Below are positions 39,068 to 49,198 of a stretch of DNA of 64,000 nucleotides, piece by piece. A program made the position numbers and the translations under genes. The first letter of the stretch is position 1; each line of letters starts with the position of its first letter. Source of the DNA: an uncultured virus (IMG/VR IMGVR_UViG_3300031133_000403) (Duplodnaviria; Heunggongvirae; Uroviricota; Caudoviricetes); the IMG/VR virus record IMGVR_UViG_3300031133_000403. The stretch is one strand, 5' to 3'. The notes below the pieces were generated by a model. It ran no database searches, was not told where the DNA came from, and saw only the letters and a program-made list of their open reading frames with translations.

Positions 39068-39874
39068 TCAGCCCGCCGGCAGCGCCTTGGTGGCGCCGCG
39101 GCCCGACAGGGCGGCCAGACGATCCGACGGCGAACCCAGCATGGACGACATGCCGGTCGCGGCCAGAGCCGCCTTGATGTTCGGATCCTCGTCCGACGCG
39201 TTCTGCGGCGAGAGCACCTCGACCTTCATGCGCGCGGCCGCGGCCTTCGCGCGCGCTTCGTCCGCCTGGCGCTTCATCGCGTCGACGGCGCCGTTCAGGC
39301 CGCCGACCTCGTTGGTGCGCAGGCCCGCGATGCGGGCGCGGCTCTCGGCCATCTGCTCGGCGCGGTCGGCCTGGATGTGCGCGCGCTTGAGGTCGCCGGC
39401 GGCCTGCGTGAGCGCCTTCTTGGCCGCCATCAGGCCCTCGCCCTTCTCCTTGTAGATCTGCTCGGCTTCGGCCAGCAGCGCCTCGGCCTCGTCGGCTTCG
39501 CCGCATTCGGTCTCGACCGATGCCTTGGCCTCCTCGAGCTTGGTGACCAGCGTGCCGAGCGATGCGTTGAGCGACGCCTTGCGCGTTTCGTCCGTCACGG
39601 TCAGGAGCTGGCCGTTGAGGTTCTCGGCGGCGGCCAGCAGACGGTTGAAGCCCGCTTCCGCGTCGACCGCCTCGCGGCGTTCGCGCTGCGCGTCGACGCG
39701 CAGCTTGCCGATCTCCTTGCCGGCGCGGTCGAGATCCTGCTCCATGACCTCGAGCTGCGCGGCCGACGCCGTCGCCGGGTCCATCGCGATGATCTGGTCG
39801 GTGACGTCGCGGACCATCTTCTTGCCGTGGTTGCTGCCGAGTGCCTTCAGGAATGCGAACATGTTATTCTCCAT
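39068..39874 (-). CDS. PspA/IM30-like coiled-coil protein
   Basis: Long Ala/Glu/Lys coiled coil, amphipathic N-terminus, C-terminal DRLAAL; DUF350/DUF1190 context. Confidence 0.7.
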   Translation of the reverse strand: MENNMFAFLKALGSNHGKKMVRDVTDQIIAMDPATASAAQLEVMEQDLDRAGKEIGKLRVDAQRERREAVDAEAGFNRLLAAAENLNGQLLTVTDETRKASLNASLGTLVTKLEEAKASVETECGEADEAEALLAEAEQIYKEKGEGLMAAKKALTQAAGDLKRAHIQADRAEQMAESRARIAGLRTNEVGGLNGAVDAMKRQADEARAKAAAARMKVEVLSPQNASDEDPNIKAALAATGMSSMLGSPSDRLAALSGRGATKALPAG

Positions 39875-39947
39875 GGATGTGTGTCCGGGGGGATGTCTTC
39901 AATGACCGCGCACGCCCCGTGCGCAGGCGGTCTATCTCGTTATCTCG

Positions 39948-40253
39948 TCAGCGTCTTGAATACCCGTTGCAGATGGTGGAGTCGCCTTCGTCGTCCTGCA
40001 CCACCTGCGACGACGTGCATGCCCACTCCGACTTCAGCAGCTCGAAGGTCGGCCCGCTTTCGTAGCGGTACAGCATGACCGCGCCCAATTCGCAGGCGGT
40101 CAGGATCAACGCGAGTGCCACCAGGAGGCCGCCCATCATCCAACTGTCCGACAGGTCCTCCGTGAACAGTCTGGCGGCGCCGTACGCCGAAGCCAGCGCG
40201 CCGCCGATCAGGACGATGGACAGTATGATCATGATGGTCATTCCGAGCGTCAT
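39948..40253 (-). CDS. Small membrane protein
   Basis: Two TM helices followed by a Cys pair. Confidence 0.6.
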   Translation of the reverse strand: MTLGMTIMIILSIVLIGGALASAYGAARLFTEDLSDSWMMGGLLVALALILTACELGAVMLYRYESGPTFELLKSEWACTSSQVVQDDEGDSTICNGYSRR

Positions 40254-40304
40254 GTCGCCTCCCATGTCACGTGTCCGTCGGCGCGTCGCCGCGCCGACGC
40301 GGGT

Positions 40305-40706
40305 TCACGACGCCAGCGCGCCGGCGTTCAGGATGCCGGTGCCGATCGCCGTGAAGGCGATGATCAGACCGTAGGCGACGTTGTCCTTCTCGATCTCCTC
40401 CTTGAAGTTGCCGAGCAGGCGCGAGACGACGAAGAACACGATCACCTGCACGATGACGGCGACCAGGCCCCATGCGGCCAGTTCTAGGAGCACCCAGGTG
40501 CTCGAGCTCTGCGCGTTGATCGCGTAGGCGAGGCCCAGCAGCGTGCCGCCGAAGCCGATGGCCGCCGCGCGGTTGCCCTGCCGGATGAGTGCCATCTCCC
40601 GGTGCGGCGTCGCCCAGATGTACAGGATCATGCCGAGCACGACGAGCGCGATCGAGGTGCCGAGGAAGCCGAGGTAGAGCGGCAGTGTCGAGAACATGTG
40701 GTCCAT
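40305..40706 (-). CDS. DUF350 (YjfL-like) membrane protein
   Basis: TPHREMALIRQGNRAAA...WGLV...IEKDNVAYG...GILNA. Confidence 0.9.
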   Translation of the reverse strand: MDHMFSTLPLYLGFLGTSIALVVLGMILYIWATPHREMALIRQGNRAAAIGFGGTLLGLAYAINAQSSSTWVLLELAAWGLVAVIVQVIVFFVVSRLLGNFKEEIEKDNVAYGLIIAFTAIGTGILNAGALAS

Positions 40707-40770
40707 GGTGTTTTCCTTCACTTGATGACGAATGCTTAGGGGTCTTCTCTTCGGGCTTTCCGTTGCGGCC

Positions 40771-42027
40771 TCAGGCCACGTAGCGGTCCTCGGGGATGAG
40801 GACCGGTTCGCGCGTCGCGTCGGGTTCGAAGACGTGCGGCATGATCCGGCTGTTGTAGCCCGTGATCAGACCCGCGTGCGTGCGCACGACGATGCCGCAG
40901 GGGTCGCCTCCCATCTCGTGGACGGGGAGGCCCTCGTAGCGGGGGTTGGCGCCCGACACCCATGAACCGATGACGAGATGCTCGCCGTCGATCGACGGCA
41001 GCTCGGCGTACGCCTGCCAGATGCAGTCGCCGAGATACTCGCCGTCGCTCTCCTCCATGACCGCGCCGTCCGCCGCGATGATCGCGACGTTCTGCCCCTC
41101 CATCGAGAAGACCGGCTTGCGCACGCGCGCGACGCCGGCGAGCGGGGCCTCGTCGAAGTAGGCGGGAAGCAGGTTCGGGTGTCCCGGGTTCAGCTCCCAC
41201 AGGATGGGAAGCAGCGCCTTGTTGGACAGCAGCATCTTCCACACCGGCTCGATGAACAGCGTGTCGGCCCGGCCGATGAACTTCGAGAAGTCCTCGTTGG
41301 CCATCGCCTCCCACTCGTAGTGCTTGAACAGCGTGCGGATGGGCATGCCGGCCTTGTCGACGAACCAGCCCATCTTCTCGTTGTGGCCGATGTCGCGGAT
41401 GTCGCATCGGGCGACCTTCAGGCCGGCCTCGCGTGCGATCTCCATCATGTAGACCAGGTTCTGCTCGGCTTCGGCATTGTCGTCGCGCGTGGCGAACCAG
41501 ACCGTCTCGTCGGTCTTGAACCCTTCGTGCCGCGATGCCCGGCGCCATGCGTTGAGCATCGCGTCGTCGATCCCGTTGAAGTGGTCGGTGTCGGAGCCCA
41601 GCAGCCCGCGCTCGCGGTTCTGCTCCACCCAGTCCCAGGTGACGACCGAGCCTTCGATCGTGCCGGCCGGGGTGTCGGCGTTGTATTCGATCATCTTCGG
41701 CGCGCCCACGCCGTCGTAGGCCAGATCGAAGCGTCCGAACACGTATGGATCGCGACGCCTCCACGAAGTCTCGACCAGCGCCTGCATGTGGGCCGGGACC
41801 TTCATCCGGTCCAGCCATCCGTTGCGCACGATCGCGTCCACCGCGTCGAGGCACAGATGGTGCAGCGTCAGGGTGGCGGTCTCGATCCGTTCGATCTGGT
41901 CCTGCGTGAATTCGACGTAACGGTCCTCGGTCCAGTACGGCTGGCCGTCGTTGTCGATGTACGTGAGGCCGAGATCGACGACGCGACGGCGCCAGTCAGG
42001 ACGGGGTTCGATGCTGCGGATCTTCAA
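40771..42027 (-). CDS. Glutathionylspermidine synthase-family ATP-grasp ligase (YjfC/YgiC-like)
   Basis: RPDW, YWTE, GRFDLAYDG, KMIEYNADTP, EPVWKMLLSNKALL, RKPVFSMEG, PH. Confidence 0.93.
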   Translation of the reverse strand: MKIRSIEPRPDWRRRVVDLGLTYIDNDGQPYWTEDRYVEFTQDQIERIETATLTLHHLCLDAVDAIVRNGWLDRMKVPAHMQALVETSWRRRDPYVFGRFDLAYDGVGAPKMIEYNADTPAGTIEGSVVTWDWVEQNRERGLLGSDTDHFNGIDDAMLNAWRRASRHEGFKTDETVWFATRDDNAEAEQNLVYMMEIAREAGLKVARCDIRDIGHNEKMGWFVDKAGMPIRTLFKHYEWEAMANEDFSKFIGRADTLFIEPVWKMLLSNKALLPILWELNPGHPNLLPAYFDEAPLAGVARVRKPVFSMEGQNVAIIAADGAVMEESDGEYLGDCIWQAYAELPSIDGEHLVIGSWVSGANPRYEGLPVHEMGGDPCGIVVRTHAGLITGYNSRIMPHVFEPDATREPVLIPEDRYVA

Positions 42028-42108
42028 GGTCTTTTCCCCTCAGGGCAAGGTTGCAACCTGCATCTCCGGGATAACCGGGGCGTCAGCCCCGGCACTTCCG
42101 CCTGATCC

Positions 42109-42969
42109 TCAGCCGCCCGAGCGGCCGCCGCCGATGCCGCCGCCGCGGCTCGAGTGGCCGAACCCGCCGCGCGACACGCTGCCGCCGCCGTAGCTGCCCG
42201 AGTAGCTGCTGCCGCTGCCGCGCGATGCGACCGACGTGCTGCTCGACCAGCTCTTGGTCTTGGTCGTGCCCCATGCGCCCGAGCTCAGCGCCTTCGTGCT
42301 GGTCGACGTCGCGAGCTTGGCGACCGTGGTCTTCGAACCCGGCACGCCGCCCTTCTTGCGGAAGTTCTGGCCCAGACCCATCCGCGTGACGGTCGTCGGC
42401 GGCCTGCTGATCCGGTCGTATGCCTTCTGCCCCACGGGGTAGGTGCCGGTGCGGGGAACGCCCAGGCCCGAACCGTTGACGTACGAGCCGTCGCGCGTGT
42501 GGTAGATCGGCGAGTAGTGGCGGTTGTCGAGGCCGTCGAGCATGCGCGCGACCATGAAGCCCTGCATGAACGGTCCGAAGCCGCCGCCGCCGTGGTAGCG
42601 GTGGCTCGAGTCGTAGTAGCCGTTGCGCGGACGGCAGTCGTCGTAGTCCTGCTGGCAGTCGGCGACGCTGGCGTACTGCGGCGCCCACTCGTCGTTGGAC
42701 GAGAGCGACTGCTTCATCGCGTCGTTGCATTCCTGCTCCGTGAAGTCGCCCGACGCGACGCATTCCTTGACCGTGGTGAACGCGCTCGCCTGACCGACGG
42801 GATCGGTGGCGCCGAGCTGCTCCACGTAGCCCGCCTCCTCCTTCGGGACGGGCACGGTGTCCGCCTGGCAGCCCGCCAGGGTCATCGCGGCGCTGGCCAG
42901 CAGGACGCCGTTGAGCGCGGGACTGGCGTACGCACCCACGCGGATGCGGTTAGAAGAACGACGACTCAT
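42109..42969 (-). CDS. DUF1190 (YjfM/YgiB-like) lipoprotein
   Basis: LAGC lipobox, Cys pattern, APQY...CQQDY, PFMQGFM, SRGGFG tail. Confidence 0.88.
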   Translation of the reverse strand: MSRRSSNRIRVGAYASPALNGVLLASAAMTLAGCQADTVPVPKEEAGYVEQLGATDPVGQASAFTTVKECVASGDFTEQECNDAMKQSLSSNDEWAPQYASVADCQQDYDDCRPRNGYYDSSHRYHGGGGFGPFMQGFMVARMLDGLDNRHYSPIYHTRDGSYVNGSGLGVPRTGTYPVGQKAYDRISRPPTTVTRMGLGQNFRKKGGVPGSKTTVAKLATSTSTKALSSGAWGTTKTKSWSSSTSVASRGSGSSYSGSYGGGSVSRGGFGHSSRGGGIGGGRSGG

Positions 42970-43090
42970 GCTTTTTCCTCCCAATAAACTGTAATCCAAT
43001 GACGTGTCTCGTCCGCCGTCCGACCTCGTGGTCGTCGGCTCTCCTCAGGTTTGCCGAGGCAAACCTCCGCATTTTCCTTGCGTCCAGTCC

Positions 43091-43510
43091 TCAGACCGTC
43101 GCCGACTGTCCGGTCGCCGCGCGCACCAGCGTCATCACGGTCTGGATCTCCGTGAAGGTCTCGGTCTTCTCGATGACCCATGCCTCGGCCCCGGGAACGT
43201 CGATGACGCTCCTCATGCCCCGGCCTTCCAACGCCGCGGTCACCGTCTCCGGAAGCGCCGGCGTCGTCAGTCTGGTCGACCACCCTTCGCGACCCGGTTC
43301 CATGGTCCGCCATTGCTGGTGAAGCACGATCAGCTCGTCGCCGCTCGACCACGTGAGTTCGTGATCCAGCGATCGCAGTCTGATCGACGGCAGGTTGCGC
43401 ACGTCGTCAGGCGGGACGGTGAGCGAGTTCGCGAGGTCCGGTCGCCATTCCCTGCCGTGCGCGGCCAGCGCGGCGGCCAGGATCGGATCCCTGTCCCGAA
43501 TCTGATCCAT
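43091..43510 (-). CDS. PET-GR motif family protein (small)
   Basis: LPETVTAALEGRGMRSVIDVP; paralog of 44962..45363. Confidence 0.8.
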   Translation of the reverse strand: MDQIRDRDPILAAALAAHGREWRPDLANSLTVPPDDVRNLPSIRLRSLDHELTWSSGDELIVLHQQWRTMEPGREGWSTRLTTPALPETVTAALEGRGMRSVIDVPGAEAWVIEKTETFTEIQTVMTLVRAATGQSATV

Positions 43511-43540
43511 GGCGCTTCCCCTCGTGTCTCGTCCCACGGC

Positions 43541-43843
43541 TCAGGCGGCCTGTTCGCTCGACTTGCGGTCCTCGTCTCCGAACGCCTCCAGTTCGCGGAA
43601 TCGCGTCTCCGCGTCCGGATCGTGGAACAGGCATTCGATGCGGTGTTCGCCGATGTCGTATCGCCAGGCCGTCGCCACGTCGAGCGCCGCCCGCTGGTCG
43701 TCGTTCAGCGAGATGAGCGACGCGTCGATGACGATCAGCGCCGCCTGTTCCGCGATGAGCAGCCAGCGCTTGGCCATGTACGCCACGTCGTCCTCGTGCG
43801 TGATCGGATTCGCGGCTGGCGTGTCGCCGTAGTGGTAGGCCAT
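43541..43843 (-). CDS. Hypothetical protein
   Basis: AAGGAG RBS. Confidence 0.65.
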   Translation of the reverse strand: MAYHYGDTPAANPITHEDDVAYMAKRWLLIAEQAALIVIDASLISLNDDQRAALDVATAWRYDIGEHRIECLFHDPDAETRFRELEAFGDEDRKSSEQAA

Positions 43844-43860
43844 GCTTGTCTCCTTTTTCG

Positions 43861-44250
43861 TCATCGATGTCCGGGCCAGGGCCCGTCGTGTTCAAGTCGT
43901 CGGTCCGGAGCTATGGCGATCAGCGCCCCGCGTTCCACGGGCCTGACGTGCGTGATTTCCAGATCCGCCATGCGGTTCAGGGTGTCGCCACCCAGGTCGC
44001 ATCCCCGTCTGGAGCAGTTGCCCCTGAAGGGCGGAATGGTGATGATCTCGTGCACGCGTCTGCCGATCATGCCGGCCAGCACCGTCTCCGGCAGCGTGCC
44101 GCGTACGATCACCCGGTACATGTCGAGCTCGCCGTCGCGTGGCAGGAGGTCGTTTTCCGATGTCCCACCCTGCGCGAAGCGTTCCCCCGCATGCTCGGCC
44201 CCTCTCGATCCCGGGCGCAGCACGATCGTGTCCGTGTCTCTGGCGTACAT
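43861..44250 (-). CDS. PET-GR motif family protein (small)
   Basis: LPETVLAGMIGRRVHEIITIP. Confidence 0.75.
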   Translation of the reverse strand: MYARDTDTIVLRPGSRGAEHAGERFAQGGTSENDLLPRDGELDMYRVIVRGTLPETVLAGMIGRRVHEIITIPPFRGNCSRRGCDLGGDTLNRMADLEITHVRPVERGALIAIAPDRRLEHDGPWPGHR

Positions 44251-44260
44251 CTCTTTCCCT

Positions 44261-44590
44261 TCAGCGGCCCTGAACGCCGAGCGCTGCGAACTGCGGCTGG
44301 CACCGGGCCATCAATGTCGCCGCGCCGATCGATATCGCCGCCATCAGCAGCCATCCGGTCCGCGTCAGGTTCGTCCCGTCGGTCGTCCTGTATTCGATGC
44401 GGCCGCCGCCAACGAGCAGGAATGCGCCCAGCACGATCAACGTCGGCACCGTCGCGTAGAGACCGATGTCGTAGTCGCCTCCGTGCCCGCCCGTCGAATG
44501 CAGGGGCTTCCACAGGCCGAACCATCCGAGCGTCGCTCCGGCGATTGTCGTCGCCGCGCCGCACAGGCGCGTCGGCAGCGTGGATCTCAT
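44261..44590 (-). CDS. Small membrane protein
   Basis: Three hydrophobic segments; ATGA coupling. Confidence 0.6.
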   Translation of the reverse strand: MRSTLPTRLCGAATTIAGATLGWFGLWKPLHSTGGHGGDYDIGLYATVPTLIVLGAFLLVGGGRIEYRTTDGTNLTRTGWLLMAAISIGAATLMARCQPQFAALGVQGR

Positions 44591-44910
44591 GGTCCGGGCG
44601 TCCTCGAGCCGCGTCGCAGACAGTATTCCGCGGTGGGTATGGTCGTCAGCAGGGACATGCCCGACATCAGGATCATTCCCAGCAGGCCCATCGCCGGCCA
44701 GTCGCTGGTCGGGTGCGCCCGCACGTCGATGTTGAACATCACGATGCCGTACGTCATGGCCGCCGCTGGAACCAGCAGGCCGGTCACCAGACGGGCGATC
44801 GCCGGATGCCGCCTCGCGATCCTCACGCCGATCGTCGCACCGAACGCCCAGGTGACCGCGGTCGAAACGATCAGCGTCCCCGCGATGATGGCCGGTCCCT
44901 GCATGTCCAT
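44587..44910 (-). CDS. Small membrane protein
   Basis: Three hydrophobic segments. Confidence 0.6.
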   Translation of the reverse strand: MDMQGPAIIAGTLIVSTAVTWAFGATIGVRIARRHPAIARLVTGLLVPAAAMTYGIVMFNIDVRAHPTSDWPAMGLLGMILMSGMSLLTTIPTAEYCLRRGSRTPGP

Positions 44911-44961
44911 TCGTCGATCCTGCTCTCTTGTTCGATTGGTACGTGTCTCGCGTCGGTGATC

Positions 44962-45363
44962 CTACGCCGTCGTCCTGGAACGCCGCAGCATGTAGTGCGT
45001 CTCGCCGCCGAAGTCGGACGCACCCTCGATCGTCCAGGCTGCCGCCTTCGGCAGATCCACGACGTCGGCGAGCGGTCTTCCCTGGAGCATCGTGACCACG
45101 GACTGGGGAAGTTCCCTCGTCATCACGAGCGTCGCGCACCACCGCCTGGTGGTCGAGTCCCAGGAGGCGTTGATGGTGACCGTGTCGGTCGGCGTACGCC
45201 ACCTGAGGGAGTGCGACAGCGTCTGGATGACGACCGCCGGCAGCCCGTCTTCGTTTCCGTCCAGCATCGTCTCCACGCCGGCGATCCATTCGTGCCCGTG
45301 AAGCGATACGGCGTGCGCCAGCATCGGATCGCGTCTCTCGAGCATGTCCTGGCCGCGGCTCAT
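44962..45363 (-). CDS. PET-GR motif family protein (small)
   Basis: LPQSVVTMLQGRPLADVVDLP. Confidence 0.8.
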   Translation of the reverse strand: MSRGQDMLERRDPMLAHAVSLHGHEWIAGVETMLDGNEDGLPAVVIQTLSHSLRWRTPTDTVTINASWDSTTRRWCATLVMTRELPQSVVTMLQGRPLADVVDLPKAAAWTIEGASDFGGETHYMLRRSRTTA

Positions 45364-46190
45364 TCCGGATCCCTCTCGGCGCACGTCCTGGTGACTTTCC
45401 TGGCGTTCTTGTAGTCCAGGTTGATGACGTCTCCCAGTTTCATCGTCCGCGGTTCCAGCAGCACCACGGTCTCGTCGTCGCGCACAGTGACATGCGAGAT
45501 GGTCCGCTTCGCGAGCAGCGGGTCGCTCTCCATGAGTTCCTCCAGGCGACGCCCGACCGCCTGCACGGCCGCCGTTTCGGGAATGGCCCGTGGAACCGTG
45601 AGGAGTGGCCCTCGCAGTGTGCAGCGGTCCTCGCCCACCTTCATGCTGGCGACGGGGCACGTCGCGCCGATCAGGGGCTTCTCGGAGAGATCGCTCATGA
45701 ACGCCTTCTTGTCTCCTACGCGTCTGGCCTTTCCGTCGGCCATCCCCTGGTGCAGCTTCTTCAGCGGGATCAGCAGAGCCTGCAGGATGATCTCCATCGG
45801 ACTGCGCACGCCATCCGCGCGGTTCCTCATGAGCAGCGCCAGCTGGGACGCGTCGGCGTGCAGATGCTCGTGCGCCATCAGCGACCCGGTGTGCATCGCA
45901 TACGGCAGAGCCGTCCCGATCTGGATTCCGGCCCTCGCTCTCGTCTCCTGCAGGTCGAGCATCTCCTTCATGAGGCCGATCAGCGTCGGCGCGTCGGCCT
46001 TGGCCGAGGATTCCAGCGTCCATGCCATCCTGAACGAATGCAGGCTCGGAGACCATCCGATCACGTCGAGCATCAGATCGCCGGGTCTGCCGTTCGCACG
46101 TGGGCTCCATCCAGTGGTCGCCATTCTGCAGCCCGGAATCGAGCCGATGCGCGAATGCAGAGCGGCCTCCACGGAGGGTGTCATCATCAT
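45360..46190 (-). CDS. PET-GR motif family protein
   Basis: IPETAAVQAVGRRLEELMESDP. Confidence 0.78.
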   Translation of the reverse strand: MMMTPSVEAALHSRIGSIPGCRMATTGWSPRANGRPGDLMLDVIGWSPSLHSFRMAWTLESSAKADAPTLIGLMKEMLDLQETRARAGIQIGTALPYAMHTGSLMAHEHLHADASQLALLMRNRADGVRSPMEIILQALLIPLKKLHQGMADGKARRVGDKKAFMSDLSEKPLIGATCPVASMKVGEDRCTLRGPLLTVPRAIPETAAVQAVGRRLEELMESDPLLAKRTISHVTVRDDETVVLLEPRTMKLGDVINLDYKNARKVTRTCAERDPE

Positions 46191-47044
46191 GGTGCCTCCC
46201 CCGCCTGCGTGTTTTCCATGCGCACCGTCTCCCACCGTCGGTCGAAGCCCTCCGGAACGTCGCCGAACGCCCTCACCTCGCCGGCAAGGTCGAGCTTGAG
46301 ATCCGTGAGGTCGCCGCGGGCCACGCTCTGCGCCGAGACGATCGTCGTTCCGGGACAGCCCGGTCCGATCTTCACCAGGTCGTCCAGCGGGCGGCCGACC
46401 AGTGCCGCCAATGCCGTGTCCGGCAGATCCTGGTCTCGTATCGTGATGGTGTGCGGATGGCTCCTGAGGCGCGCGCCCGGTCCCTCGCCGTATCCGCCGA
46501 TCGTCTCGACCATGCCGTTGAGGAGGGCGTCGTGGAGCTTGAGATCCGCGATCGCGCCGTTCCGGTATCTGGTGGCCTTGGCGATGCGGTCCGTGATCAT
46601 GCCCGCGTCGAAGTTCCTGGGATGCACGTCGATCGACGCCAGCAGGGCCATGTGGGTCTCGTGGATCAGCAGGCTCCACGTCGGCTCGGCCGCCATGGCC
46701 GGCCATCCGTGGGCCAGCAGCGCGCGTCGCCTCAGCGCCATCGCCGCGTGTCGCAGCGTCGCCTGCCTGAGCACTTCGCGCGAATGTCGTTCGACCTCCC
46801 CTTGCGCGTGGTCGATGATGGTGGTGCCCACGCATCGTCCATCGACATCCGCCCAATCCACCTGGATCTTCTCGCGATTCGTTCCCCCGACGGCCACCCG
46901 CTGCACGTGCAGGTGCAGTGGAACGTCCGCCCATCTGGCGAACACGTTGTTGATCGTCCGCAGCGCGTCCTCGACCGCCTCCGGCTGTCCGCGTCGGGCA
47001 CGCAACGGGACGAATCCCTTCGATTTGCGGAGAAATCCGAGCAT
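46187..47044 (-). CDS. PET-GR motif family protein
   Basis: LPDTALAALVGRPLDDLVKI. Confidence 0.8.
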   Translation of the reverse strand: MLGFLRKSKGFVPLRARRGQPEAVEDALRTINNVFARWADVPLHLHVQRVAVGGTNREKIQVDWADVDGRCVGTTIIDHAQGEVERHSREVLRQATLRHAAMALRRRALLAHGWPAMAAEPTWSLLIHETHMALLASIDVHPRNFDAGMITDRIAKATRYRNGAIADLKLHDALLNGMVETIGGYGEGPGARLRSHPHTITIRDQDLPDTALAALVGRPLDDLVKIGPGCPGTTIVSAQSVARGDLTDLKLDLAGEVRAFGDVPEGFDRRWETVRMENTQAGEAP

Positions 47045-47083
47045 GGTCTTCTCCTTTCGCTGTATCGTCTTGCACCGTGCGTT

Positions 47084-47971
47084 TCATTCCTGGCGCAGAG
47101 CGTCCAGCCAAGCGGTGTCGGCGTGTTCCGGCACCGGCGTCAGCGTGTCCCACCCGACGCCTTCAAGCCGCAGCCACACGTCTTCGTCCATCTGTTCAGC
47201 ATGCACGACGAACGTATCGCAGACGCCCTCGCCCAGCAGCACCACGTCGTCCAGTCTGCGTCCGGCGAGCGTGACCAGCACGCTTTCCGGCATGCTCGTC
47301 TCATACAGCACCAGGCTGTTCCCGCCGTCTCCGTGCTGCGATTGACCGACGATGCCCCAGCTGCCCGTGCTTCTCCGCTTGTCGGTCCGCATGTTGCCGT
47401 TGATCCTGTACTGGTCCATCCACAGCGAACAGCTTCCGCCCTTGCGTCCGACAAGGTGCGAGATCAATCCACCGGTCCATTCCCGTCCGAACGTAGTCGG
47501 ATCGGCGTGCTCCGGAAACTCGGACGCGTCCACGCCCAGATGCCGCAGCGTCTGCTGATGCGTCCTGGGGATGACGTATGCCCATGTCGGCATCGCCTTC
47601 GTGGCATCCCATCCCGCAGCCCGGACGGCACGCAGACGTAGCGCGCCGGCGGCGATCGCGCATGCCTCGCGTCTGGCGGCCTCCGTACCGCTCGCATCCA
47701 ACCCGCCTGCCCGTGCGTGCACCGTTCCGATGCGCGACATCGACGGGATCCCTCCTGGTGCAGAGGCGATCGTGATCTGCGTGCCCTCCGTCGCGAGGCT
47801 GGTCACCGTCGCTTCGAGGTCCTCCTCGGGCCATTGTGCGAACACCGCCCTCATGACCTCCGCCAGCTGTCTCACGGCCGCGGGCGCTCCGCGCATGTCG
47901 CCGAATCCGGTGGGACGCCTATGGATGCCCTGCGTCAGTCGACCCAGCAGATGGTCCAATGCCGGCCGCAT
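47084..47971 (-). CDS. PET-GR motif family protein
   Basis: MPESVLVTLAGRRLDDVVLL; resembles neighbour 46187..47044 (VFAxW, GW...PTW). Confidence 0.8.
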   Translation of the reverse strand: MRPALDHLLGRLTQGIHRRPTGFGDMRGAPAAVRQLAEVMRAVFAQWPEEDLEATVTSLATEGTQITIASAPGGIPSMSRIGTVHARAGGLDASGTEAARREACAIAAGALRLRAVRAAGWDATKAMPTWAYVIPRTHQQTLRHLGVDASEFPEHADPTTFGREWTGGLISHLVGRKGGSCSLWMDQYRINGNMRTDKRRSTGSWGIVGQSQHGDGGNSLVLYETSMPESVLVTLAGRRLDDVVLLGEGVCDTFVVHAEQMDEDVWLRLEGVGWDTLTPVPEHADTAWLDALRQE

Positions 47972-48315
47972 CAGGAGCGGAACCCGCGCGGCGCCGGCGT
48001 CGTCCAGTCGTGGAATCGCACGGCGGCCCGCTTGAACCCGCACCAGGCGAGGATCTGAACCAGCGGGTGTGCGGCGAGGTTGTGAAAAGCCCACGCATGC
48101 GGGCGCCATCTCAGGCGCAGTCCCTCGACCGCGCTGGGCTTCATCGCCATGACGGTCTCGACGGCGTCGAATCCATGCGCCTCGTGGGAGCTTCCGTCCT
48201 TCATGTGGATGGTGACCACGCCGTGTTCGAGCTTCGCGATGTCGGCGCGGGCCACGTCGGCGAACGGCAGCAGCTGGTCTCCAGCCTTCAGGCAGAGTGG
48301 CGGTTTCGCGTCCAT
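47971..48315 (-). CDS. Hypothetical protein
   Basis: Protein-like composition; abuts the next gene. Confidence 0.65.
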   Translation of the reverse strand: MDAKPPLCLKAGDQLLPFADVARADIAKLEHGVVTIHMKDGSSHEAHGFDAVETVMAMKPSAVEGLRLRWRPHAWAFHNLAAHPLVQILAWCGFKRAAVRFHDWTTPAPRGFRS

Positions 48316-48316
48316 G

Positions 48317-48502
48317 TCATGCCCTTTCCGTCTTCCTGGCGGTGTCGCGGCCGGCGCGCCATGCGGCGTGGGCGGCCTGCTGCGACCTCTCCGGCGGAAG
48401 GATCTCCAGGAGGCCGCGTCTGTAGTGGTTGTGCAGATGGCTGCTGCGACCGGCTTCGGGATCCGTCATGTAGAGGTCGTAGATCGTCTTGACGTCGATC
48501 AT
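48317..48502 (-). CDS. Small hypothetical protein
   Basis: MIDVKTIYDLY...; ATGA coupling. Confidence 0.5.
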   Translation of the reverse strand: MIDVKTIYDLYMTDPEAGRSSHLHNHYRRGLLEILPPERSQQAAHAAWRAGRDTARKTERA

Positions 48503-48693
48503 GTGCGCATCGCCCTCGGGCGTCCGACACCCGCTCGTGCCGCCGCCAACCGCATTCGGGCCGTGCGTTCGGCATGCTGCATGAATGCCATCGCGCCCAG
48601 GCCGGATGCCGCCAGCACCGCGCATCCCACCGGGATCACTGCGTCGCCCATGTTTTTTTCTCCGATTCCAGTCCAGCGCAACACACCACCCCG

Positions 48694-49152
48694 TCAATAG
48701 GCGTCGATCGCGTACCTCCTGTCTTCGATCTTCGGCATGCCCTTGCAGGCCTGCAGCGCCTCCTGCCTCGTCGGCCACAGGTGGCACCCGGCCTTCTCGG
48801 TCGACCAGGTGAATCCGCCTGCCTCATCGCCGTGCGCGTACAGGCTGCCTTCTTCGTTCGTGGCGACCCGGTAGTCGACCACGAAGTGACCTTCGCGCTT
48901 CAGGTCGTCGTCCGCCACCTCTTCGGTGCGGTTCGTCCATCCGCGGTGGCGCTCGAGCGCCAGCTGCTGCGAGGAACGCTCGCTGTTCCAGAACGCCCGC
49001 GAATGCCTCCCGTAGCGCTGGTTCGCCGCGCCCATGGCCACCTCGACCGTGTCGAACCGCGTCGCCTGGTCGCGCAGCGTTGTCATCGGTCCGTAGGTGT
49101 CGTAGAATTCGTCGCCGCCCGGCGACACGAGGATGCAGAGATGCTTGCTCAT
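48694..49152 (-). CDS. Hypothetical protein
   Basis: GGAG RBS. Confidence 0.65.
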   Translation of the reverse strand: MSKHLCILVSPGGDEFYDTYGPMTTLRDQATRFDTVEVAMGAANQRYGRHSRAFWNSERSSQQLALERHRGWTNRTEEVADDDLKREGHFVVDYRVATNEEGSLYAHGDEAGGFTWSTEKAGCHLWPTRQEALQACKGMPKIEDRRYAIDAY

Positions 49153-49198
49153 GGTGTTCGTCTCCGTGTCGTGTGGATCGTCGTCGCGTACGACGTCG

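Noticed and set aside
42109..42310. Gly/Ser-rich low-complexity repeat as a separate element
   Set aside because: It is the normal SRGGFG-containing tail of DUF1190 proteins.
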